Positions 53,645-64,000 of a stretch of 64,000 nt of DNA are shown here, in pieces. The notes under the pieces were generated by a model, which worked only from the letters and a program-made list of their open reading frames with translations, was not told where the DNA came from and made no database searches. Numbering within the stretch: position 1 is the stretch's first letter; each line of letters begins with the position of its first letter. Source of the DNA: Raillietiella orientalis (taxonomy: Eukaryota). The stretch lies in assembly GCA_036172245.1 (NCBI GenBank), contig JAYWIR010000019.1, forward strand, positions 2,108,001-2,172,000, read 5' to 3'. The position numbers were made by a program, and so were the translations under genes.

Positions 53645-56600
53645 CCAGAGGAATTTTGAAAATCAATTCATTTGAAAGAGATTTCTCGAAGAAGAGGGAC
53701 GGAGGCGGCGAGAGAGAGAGAAGAGCTTCCGAGAGGGTGCAGTCGAAACGGAGTAATTTTTTTGTCATGAACTTTCGAGAGTGCGACGGAAAATGAGGAA
53801 ACGATACGAATGACTTCATGAAACTCCACTGATGGCCGTCACAAGTAGACAAACGGTAGACACTCATTCCGTTCCGACGATTCGGAACACTTGATGACCC
53901 AATGGACTCAGCAGCTGGTAAAGGCCTAACCTTTGAAGGATGAGATTAGACATTTGACTGTTTAGGAGCAGAGCGCTTCCAGAAAGTACTATGAACCAAA
54001 ACGCCAGTAAAAGAGACAAGGCTCTACTATTATGGCATTTGTTTTGTTTCCCCTCCTTCCTCCCCCCAATCTCTAAAGCTCCGTAGTCTGCTTGAAGAAG
54101 CCAACAAGTCCGGTATGCAGTGCGTGCAGAACTAGTCTCAGGACTTCGGCTTGGATTCCTGAGGATCTGCAGAGAATGGCACTGGAATGAATCCGTGACT
54201 CCGTGCCTCGTGTCCACAGGGGTAGTGGAATGCATGGACATCCCGCATCAGGCGATTCCACAGTTCCGTGGATACCCAGCTGATGAAGCAAGACTCGCAA
54301 AATTCCGTCGCTCACCCATGCAGACTGGAAGAGAGGCGGCTTGAAAAATTTGCAACCCACGACACAGGGACTCTGGACAGAACCTAAAAGTGGCGTGGTG
54401 CTTTCCCCCAACAGGGAGCAACGCAGACAGGTGGCTCGACTTCCGCTTGGTTCAAGAGAAGCCGCCGCATTTTCGTGGCACCTAAATTTTCCACCTTTGG
54501 CTTAGCCAGTAGATGTTTCCTTGTCAGCGTGCAAAGTATCGAAGACGGCAGGGCACTCAGATACCAACAGAGAGCGTTAGGTGTTGAGTGGCAAATCAGC
54601 CAAGAAAGGAAAACCAAAAGCAAAGAGCGACTTTTTTAAAAAACAAAAAAGCACACAGGAAGACTTACGGTCCAAATCGAATCGATTATGGAACGTCCTA
54701 GAAACTACTTGGAAGTGACAGCAACCATCTTAGGTCAGGAAGATCTACAGAATTTTGTCAGTCTGGAATGGATGCTGATAGCGGGCGAATGTGTTCGTGT
54801 TCCCGAAGAGTAATCTCGCGGATCGTACACCGTCGGGGTCCTGAGCAGAGCGGATGCAATCAGGGAACGTGTGTTGCTTTGTGATACCTCCATTATTCTG
54901 AAAATCAGAAGGAATGACCTTCCATTCCCTTTTTTGAGGAGGGGGGCTCCAGTAGATGCAGTGGAAACCTTTGATCGAGATGCTGGCATTAGTGGCCATT
55001 TGTTCGAAAGCTCCGTTTGTTGCCCTACAGCACTCGGATGTGTGCAGTTTTCCGATGATGCCTTACACCCATCTGTGGTGAACTCCCAGAACCAAAAGGC
55101 TTAGATCCTACGCTGGAGCGTCCCTCCAAGTTTCCCGTCTAGTTACCGCACGACTGTTCCGAATCGTTAAAGCTATGAAACCTCCAGCCTAACTGCTTGC
55201 ATGGCTGGAATTCTGCATGGCCACTTCTTCAGAGCAGGCACGCTTTCCCCACAGCCATCAAAAAATCAGCTCGCATGGCTACCAGACCGAGCCGTCACCC
55301 GAGATCTGCGGGCGCCACATGCGTCCTTCCCCGGTGGAATTACGAAGGCTAACTGAGAAAGTGACCAAACCGATTTCGTCCCATCGGCGGCTGTCTGGGT
55401 GCTCCCACCGTAACAGTAAAAGCAGCAGCAGGAGAAAGCTGTGGAAACCCTGCGCATCGAAGAGAACACGCTGCCTGTAAAAATCGGCAAGGATCCCTCT
55501 GCTTCTTGCAAGCCTACAATGGATCTAACCCCTCTCTGTACCTGTGTTATCTTTCATAGAAACAATGGGATGGAAGAAGACAATAGGAGATAAAAATCAA
55601 AGCCTCGAGTGCAAGATGCGGATCCTTGCCAGGCGATCGCACAGTCTCATTGGATCCATTATGCTGCTCGCCAGCTTGTTTCACCGACGGCCTATTTTGT
55701 AGCTAGTGGGACCCAGCATGCTACTCGTGCTGCACTAGTCAGTCTGCACCACAGGTTGCATCACCTCCGTCCTTCCAACCGGGCGATTCGCTGAAGCTGT
55801 TTGCAGTTTCCCCAGTTGAAGGGATGCACCGGAGGATGGACTTTTCCCGGAAGTCTGTTCTGCACGCATCTCCGCTTGAGCTTTGAGCGAGAGTCCCAGC
55901 CGTCTTTGCAAAAGCTGTCTAGACCTGTGGGTTTCGGGGAACGCAGAACGCGGTCAAACGCACGGTTTTTCGTCGAGGAGCAGCACGAAGGCAGGTGGAT
56001 AAATATCGATCGCGTGGGTTTTGAGCTCCGACCCAGTAGTGGCTGGTAGGCCGCCGTACGTGGCCAGCGGGCACGTTTCACCGCAGACAACAACGCAGTT
56101 GTGTGTGCGTTCATCTTGCGTGATCTTCCTTGGACAATTTGCATCGACGGCCGCCGCTAGCGCTAGGATTGGATCCCTTATTCTAAAAATCGGGCACAGA
56201 ACGTGTGATGCCAACGCACCGCTCAAGACGTTGCTCACGAGTGATGAACACTTTTGGCACTTTTCCTCTCGGGTGTTTTGTATTCCACGCTAACCGAAAT
56301 ATTCACCCTTTCCACTTTTTAATCAAGGCCAGTAGTGACCTCACGGGGAGATCGTTGCTATGGGCCTGCAATGACGGACATATTTTGGGGTTCTTTTGTT
56401 TCTCTGTTTTCCTTCCCAGCTTTCTTTATTTTTCAGGTTTTCCCTTTTTTTTTTGGGTAGCCAATTACTCTAAAACCGCGTTTGCCTAGGGGAACGCGAA
56501 GCTCTTTCGCACTGTTCTACGCCATCCAGGGGTGCGTTAAACCCTTCTTCAAGTTTTACGGGCTGTCCCGAAAAGGGGTCACCCTGTGACTTCAGCTGGG

Positions 56601-56674
56601 TTTTTATAGGAAGGAGTTCATTCCTTTTACGCTTGGTAGAGGAACCCGGAAAGGATTCACTCTGAAATTTGTTC

Positions 56675-56935
56675 TCCAGAGGGCATCCGTAAGGGAACCT
56701 CTCCTGGTTTCCTCTTCTGAAGAGAGAACTCCGAAGGGACGCTTCCCAATTTCCCTGAAGGGCCTCTCCCCGAAGAGACCAGCACACTTCTCCACATTCT
56801 GAAGAGGTATCGATCCACCACCTTCATTGGTGCGAGATGGAGATTGTAAATGGAACAGTGACCTCGGGGGGAGGTCACGGCTCCACTTGCACAACCGGAG
56901 GGAAACCCTAGAAATGGCTTCTTGATTCTTGAGAG
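56675..56935 (-). repeat. Dispersed repeat, copy 2
   Basis: Aligns by eye with ~3810-4045; carries an extra GTGACCTC/GAGGTCAC hairpin. Confidence 0.75.
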
Positions 56936-59900
56936 GATCCCGATAATGGTAATGGTAATCATATTAAAGGAAATATTAGCTTTTGAAGTGAGAGGAGAAG
57001 GTTTATAATCTTTAATAGGACGACTAAGGAAGCATAACATTAGAACGACTATTAATACGAGGAGGTAAGCAAGATGTTCAAAATTGATAGAAAAACAATA
57101 TATTGTGCTGTTTTAGTCATGGAAGAAGGGGCAGAACAAACGCCAATGGCAATCATTAGAAATGTACCAAAAATCCGCTTTCTTACTCGTCCACCGACTA
57201 TAGAAGAAGAGATAAGTGTTAAGATATCGGTGGAAGAAGACCTCTACTCTCCTCTGCTCATGAAAGTCGACTTTCAATCCCGACCAGTCAACAGTGACAT
57301 CCGCCTTGCACCATTGCCTCGCCCGAAGCCCGTGGGCCAACCAGCGTCACCTTAAGGGAAGAACTCGAAACCCACTACAGACCTATTCATCAGCGTCGAT
57401 CCTCGGCACAGGGGACGCTGGGTGCCACGAGCGAAGACCTCAGCCGGCCGCCAACGCGATCGTGTGGCTATCCATTTCAAATCGCGCTTTCTGTGGATCT
57501 TGTTCTAGTCAGGATAGCCAAGTGTCCAGTCACGGAGTAGGACGAGTGTTGAAAGCGGCCGTCCCTAAGACGGAGTGTCAGCAGAACAGGAAGCCTCCCT
57601 GTAGCACCCCTCGCACCACAGTTTTGTTCTTCATCTAGGCACGCTTGCAGAAATCGAAGAGGTCATCAGAATGCCAATCATCGCGTGCAGCCCATCTCGA
57701 ACAAAAGAGGCTTCAGCACTGGGCTAGACTCTGAGCTCCTGAAGTTTTGGGCTTCCGGCGATCCGGTCAAGTTGTCGGACATGGAACCCGTACCACTTGG
57801 GAACGCGTGCTCGTCCACGTATTTCTTCCCCTCGAGCTACAAGGAAATTGTTGCGGGAGGCGCAGATGCAAATAGCGGACAGGGTTCGTGGCTGAGGAAT
57901 GATCGAGAACGAATTCACCTGAGATGAGGAACAAGACAGGCAATGGAGATCCGATGCACCTCGCGATTCCACCGCTGTAGCTTTGGAAGCTGGATAAGTT
58001 CAAAGAGATCCTCATTTGGACCCAATCATGGGTACCGGAGAGAATCCATGATCGTTCGCGCGCCCCTGCCGACTTTCTCTTTTGGTTTAACTGAGTGTCC
58101 CTCGACAACAAATCGCACCGAAACGTAGATCACACCAATCTCTAACATCGCAGATCAAGGCCACTACGAGGCCAGATAAAGGCCAGTGGAAAAGGCTAGT
58201 TGGAAAAGCAGCCCAAAGATAGTGAAAACTTTGGACTGTTTTCCTGTGAGACATCGTTGACAGGACATTTAGAGGAGAAGTCGGAATGTGCCAACTGTGT
58301 CTTTAGAAATGATGCTGAGTCGCTCGAACTCTGTGGAGTTGTCCCGTTGCCTCCTCTTCCTCAAGATGTGAGTTCAACCCATTTGTGTACCAACTTTTGA
58401 AAAGGAGTGCATCTTTGTACAGTAAAAGAGCCAAGTGAGACGAGAGGCAGGGAATTTTCACTTGACCGTGCGAGAAGTTCATCTCTGAGCTTCCCCTTTG
58501 CTCCCTACGTAGTGCTCCCAACACCTTTCTTCTTGGAACAGTGACTCCCGAGGAAGGCTTGGAAATATCGGAGACAACGGGTGACAGATATCAAATCTAA
58601 GGAGAAGATTTCAGTAGTTTCTCATCCGAGGACTCCAAGTCTTCTATTTTATAAAAATTAAACCAACAGGAGTTGGGAGCGCAGTTCAACAACAGCAACG
58701 ACAGCAGAGAAGAAGTTCATGGAAGGGATCCACCGACACGCAGGTCGTTTGCTGAGGCAGTCCGGAGCGGGAGGGAAAGGGACAATAAATAAAGAAATAA
58801 AGGGAGAGTTAGGACAAGGGTCTTTGTTTGAGTCGCTTCTTCCTCGCTCAGTAGCGGCGCAGAGTGCCGTCGATCTCCCGCAGCTGGGGTCATTCCCTCG
58901 CGGCCTTCCTCGAGCTTAGGGCTTCTCCGTTCGCCACGCCCGAGACTCCAGCACATGGAGCGCGTGACGATGCCGCGGGTGCGGCGCATCGTCGCAATCA
59001 CGGCGCCTGTCGGGTCTCCTCCGCCCCTGGTGAAGAAGCATCGCAGCAGCAAGTCCACGGTGGAGACAACGGTGCGGAGGCCTACTAGAGCCATCCGACG
59101 AGAAAGTTTCCTGGAGGGCACCACAGTTGATCAAGAGGTGCGGGGAACGATTCAATCGCCCCGCAGCTTCAGGGGTTTGGGGAACCGGGGAGGCTGTGCT
59201 GGTTGCCCTGGAAACCTCAGTGCAGGAACAGCAGGACATTCTCTTCCCACCTCAAGAGGAATGCCGAAGTGTTCATGCACAAAGGAGGGACAGCGAGCTC
59301 TTCGGCAGGCATACGGTGAAGTCCCTTCTCCCAGGAACGAGGAGTGGCAGTCTCGAGCTGCTCACATGCCTTCCAACCAATTAAGAGTTCCATAACTCCT
59401 GCAACAGTGCACAACAAATCCCCCATCCCTGTCTTGTAAGGTGCTGCTGTTTCTTGACCTTAGGGAAGACAGTGCTGAGGCAAGGAGTGGGGAGGACAAA
59501 CGGACAGACTTCGTCGAGTCCTTCAGGACATCTTCCAGAGGAAGGGTGTGAAGAGGAGCGCAGGGGACGAAGTGCTTCTGGGCTGATTGCAAACGCGGAA
59601 GCCTAGATCACAACAGCTTCCTGCCTCCAGGCATTCGGGTTCATTGGGCGGGAGGGAGATCAAAGTGTGAGATTCGAGAGGGAGGCAAGTGGCCTCAGTG
59701 GGAAGCCAAACCCCTGCAGCACAGCATCGGCAGTGCGGAAGCAACGATGAAGGTTCATCATCAGGCGGCGCTTCCGACGCGTCGCCTGATGATGAGGCGC
59801 ATAAGCACGTACCACGAAGAAGTCCTCAGCTTGGCACACAGCGCCAGCATTCGGAACTGCGCCCTCAGTGCGATTTTTTCCAGAGTCAGGATGCCAAGTC

Positions 59901-62900
59901 TGACAAACGGATCGGGGACCTCGCAGCTCCCCACTCCCGGATCTTCGTCCGATAAGGGGAGGGAAGGCAAAACAAAGAAGAGGCGGAAGAGGGGGGAGAC
60001 AGAAGTGTTCCAGATGGTCTCCCGTTCCGACAATACGAACCTGGCGTGGAAGAATGCGGACCGAGAGCCATTCCAGCCTTTTGAAGGCAGGTCGACCGCG
60101 CTTCTGCAGCGCTGAAGTCGCCCAACGGAACGCCAAGGCACTTGAGGTACCTGCCCGAGGGCATCCACAGACAGATCCCGTTGGACTGCCCCTCCCGCGA
60201 CGCGCTGTTAATAGTGGGGCGAATTTCTTGCCGATGTGGGTCCGCCTTGTCGACGCTCGTGCGCGTGCCGCTTCTCGCTGATGATCGCCGGTGCGCCCGT
60301 CTGCTGTCCGTGGCACCCAGTCCTCCTTGCAAGCGAGGCACTCGAGGGTGGAAAAGTGGTCCAAGCAAAGGAAGAAGAAAGCCCGAGGGATCGTTGCTTG
60401 CACATCAAGGTTGCTGCAATCGAAGGGTTTGGTCGCTTCCAAGCACGCAGGAAATGAAAAAAAGAAGGATGCAATGCCTCCTGTAGGAGGAGATGTAGCC
60501 GGAATTGCTCTTGCGAGGGAGAAGCGCGAAGTCACTTTGTCCAAGGAAGGCCTGGTTCCGCATAAGGCCTTTCTGCATAGTGCATTGCTTACAATGCTGG
60601 CGCTGCGTGCCAAAGAACGTCAGCTGAAATTTAGGTCTCGTGACCGGGTCCCTCGTTCCATAGTGGATTCGCAGCCTTGCCGTGGTCTCCACAGGAACCC
60701 AAAGTCCTCAATCCCTCTGAGGGAATGCTTCTTTTCTCGATTCTCCTGGACTCCTTTCGATTTTCTTCTTCTTCTTCTTCTTCTTCCCTTCTTCCTTTTC
60801 ATTCTTTGCTTCCTCCTCTAGTGGAGGTTTCGAGAGGATGCAACGGAGCCGCTCGGATCGTTCGCTCGTCCCGGAGGTAGGTCTGCATGCGCGCGACGGA
60901 GCAATCACCTGGAGCACAGCGCGCGGTGAGCACATTCCAGCGAGATGTCCGGAGGTGCAGCTGGAGTTCTCTCCAAGGAGCAGCATCCGACGCTGGACGC
61001 GGCTCCCGCGGCTGCCATCATCGTAACGGGTGCGCCACGACTCTACGCGGGCGGGATTGAGCACGGCAATGCCCGGAGCGCGCTCCCACAGCTGGAGGCA
61101 GATGCGTTAGGAGGCAGCATTTGGAAGAGAACGCGGCTGGGTGGCAGCGGCCACCCGCTGCGGCTGCCGAAGGGACCGGGCGGCAGGACAGCGCGTGGAG
61201 CGCACGTCTCCAGAGCGCATCCTCCCGCTCCCCGTGGCTGTGCAGATGAAAACTCTGCCCGCGAGGGCTCTCAGGATCTTTTACCCATTCGCCCCCATCC
61301 TCTTCCGGCTGCGCTTCCCGAGAACCGAGGTCCCGCGTCCACCTCTGCATCACTTATTTCGGCTCTCCAGGAGGCCGTCGTCGCCGCTGTGCATTTCCAA
61401 CGGCCGCTCCTGTATTGAACGGTGGAGAAGGTGAGGGCGAGCAAATGAGGAACGCCTCGGAGCAGGAGGAAGACCGGGGAAGGAGAGCAATCTCTCAATC
61501 TTCGCTAGAAGCTGTCTCCTTCAGCACCCAGAAGCGCACACCTCGAGGGCACGGTGTCGAGTTTCCGTTGTTGCTTCGGGAAACCTGAAGCTGCAGGAGG
61601 TCGGCATCTGGCTTTGATCTGCCCATGTCCTCCCTCTGAGGAGGCACCGACGCCTCTTCGAGCTCACCCCGTGAGCGGGACGAGAAGGTCATCAGCACCA
61701 TCGGCTGCCACGGCCACCGACTGCAGGATGCTGGCCAGCGCGCGCAGGGCCGGAGCGAGCAGGTCACGAGTGCCCCCACGCGATCCGTCCTCCCACGTGA
61801 AAGGCCCTCATCCTCCGAAGGAGCCCTTGCGAAGGGTTCTCACGGAACTGGGTGCGTGGGATGGCCACTCAATGGGCCCGAAAGATGGGGGCGGTCTCGA
61901 GGCAACGACTCTCGGTTTGCGGTGGAAGAGCGGCTGACGCAGACGCCGCCACAGGACTCTGTGCCCTCCGCGAGATGCAGCGAGCACTTGCGCTCACCCT
62001 TTGGACCTCGCGCGGGGCGTGGTGGCGCACGCACCGGCGGCCCCATGAAGCACCCGCGCGCGGCGCCCATCCATGCACCTGTGCGTGCTCTTCGCGTGAT
62101 CCCGTGGCACGCAAGGCTGCAGTGCATGACGCGCGAGCTGGTGCTCCCCGCCCCTTGTCCCCACGTAGCCGCGGGGATGGATCGCTAGGGACAGCTGCTG
62201 CCAGCAACCCCATCCGCATCCCCTTCGATCCAGCTTCCAGCTGCCGCGGCCGCGAGCGGCCTCCAGGAGGCGGCTTCGAACCCTCCCTGTGGCGAGCTCT
62301 TCCTCTCTCGGACTAGCAGCGGCTCGAACTCCTCGACGAGAGCGGCCTCCTCCCTCTTCCGCATCCCTTTCCCCCTTCCTCGCCCTCCCTGGGATGGGAG
62401 GAGAGAAGCTGCAGCTCTTTGCGCAGTCACCGCCCCCGTCTCCCGCCTTCGTCTTGGCCGCTCCGAGAGCCGTTGATGAGCTCGGAGAGCGCGAGGCGCG
62501 GTCCGGAGATGCACGAAAGATCGAAAGACTTCCACAGGCGGCGACCGACTCTCCGGCAGCATTCACATCCCAGCCGCAGGCGGCGGCGGCGGTGGTGGAC
62601 TGGCCTTCGAGAGCCGTCCGCGCCGTGACTGCTTCTTGGAGTTTTGGGGAGACCGGACAGGGGGGGGGGGGAAGTAGGCTACGAGCGTAGCCTGCGTTTC
62701 TAGGAAACGGAGAAACGTCACCGGTTAGCTGAATCATCTTCGGATGTCGACGTCCGAGACACCGGACTGCCTCGAGCGTGCGGATAATGGCTGCATTTTG
62801 CAGGGAGGCTGACCCCAGGATGAAGAGCACGGAGCACCCCTTGGGATGCCTCCGCCGAGCGCAATGGGTGCGGCGGGAGGGCGAGAAAGGGAGAGATCGG

Positions 62901-63584
62901 GACTTCAGTGATCTCCCCTGAGGGGGCATCTGACGTTGCCAGCGTGAAGGAAAGGGGAGAGTCCAGGAGGGGTGGAGGAAGCTGCAGTAGCGCCATCTGC
63001 GTCCAAGTGGTGGTGTGGAAGCGGGCGGCTGCCGATCAGCGAGCCGCTTCCGTTGCGTGCGGCGGGCGGGCGAGGAGGACGCGGAAGCATCAAAAGCTGC
63101 GGGGAGGTCACGCAGGTCGGCGCGGCGGCGGGAGCCGATCGGACGGATCCGGCCGCGCCTCAGAGGCGCTTCCCTTCGGCTCCCTCACAGACCGTCCCTA
63201 CTACTCTGCCCAGGAAGGATGACCACTCTCGGTTCCACCACCGACTCCGTTGAGGACAGGGATAGGGGTCGCGCACTACTTCCACCCCTTCCCTCTCCCG
63301 GGCACCACTCGATGCAGAGGAGGCAACGCCAGTGAGCTGTCGCCCTTCGGGTTCTTCGCGAACGCCCCTGCCGCCGAAGCCAGGGACTCCCGGGGGTTTC
63401 AGCCCCCAGCGAATCTTTGGAATGGGGAAGCGCGTGCGGCCTCCATTTTTCTCCTCTTCTTCCACCAAGCAAGCGTTCACTTCGCCTTTCGGGAAGAGCG
63501 GGCACTCGTTCCGATTGAGTCGATGGGTCCGGCCTACGTGCGCTCTCGCTCATCTTTACGTCTTCCTGCTCCTTGTGCAGGGTT

Positions 63585-63850
63585 TTCGTTTCTTCTTCTT
63601 TCCTTCTTCTTTCTCCTCTCCTCTATCTTTTCTCTCCCTTCCTCTTCCTCTTTCCTTCCTTCTTTTCCTTCTTCATCCCCCAATCATTCTCCTCTTTTTT
63701 TCCTCCCTTCTTCCTTTTTCTCCTTTCTTCCTCATCTTCGTTTCTCACCCTCCTCTTCCTCTTTCTGCTTCATCGCTCCTCTTCCGCCTCCACCTCTATC
63801 CTTCTTCTCCTTACATTCCACTCCGTCCTTCCTCCCTCCGCCTCCTCCTG
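63585..63850 (+). repeat. C/T-rich low-complexity tract
   Basis: Nearly pure pyrimidine (TTC/TCC) for ~265 nt. Confidence 0.9.
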
Positions 63851-64000
63851 CTCTCCCAGGCTGCTCTGGAACGAGGCATGCGTTGTACTCGCGTGGAGGC
63901 GCTGCCGGAGGGTTCCGCGAAGGCTAGAGGCAACCATTCTTCGTGCGGTGCGCTTCTCTCGCTACCTCCTTCGCTGGGATGCCCTGGGTTCCCAGGTAGT

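Noticed and set aside
59660..63927. Long ORFs of 317, 311 and 225 aa
   Set aside because: Products of stop-poor GC-rich or C/T low-complexity DNA; only vague zinc-knuckle-like traces, not enough to call a gene.

Overview
Eukaryotic (invertebrate, probably arthropod) genomic DNA in three compositional domains. The AT-rich, CpG-depleted core (~17-45.5 kb) holds three complete multi-exon genes. Alpha-actinin (+, 16292-25022, ~893 aa) has a pair of 86-nt mutually exclusive exons. A mixed-lineage kinase of the MLK/slipper/MAP3K9-11 family (-, 25402-32232, ~916 aa) converges on actinin. Pecanex (+, 33030-45368, ~1759 aa) is head-to-head with the MLK. From recalled human gene positions, the same head-to-head MLK/pecanex pair with a linked actinin recurs in vertebrate paralogons, suggesting an ancient bilaterian block. 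Twenty-two introns are only 40-49 nt. Actinin carries a series of Arg>Cys/His and Thr>Met changes that fit methyl-CpG decay. The GC/CpG-rich flanks (1-16 kb, 46-64 kb) show no convincing host gene. They contain decayed L1/Tx1-like retrotransposon fragments, a dispersed repeat and mitochondrial insertions: one clear rearranged nad5 NUMT with a TSD-flanked GC-rich insertion, plus weaker cox1/cob/nad2-like candidates. All coordinates and counts are by hand and no searches were run.
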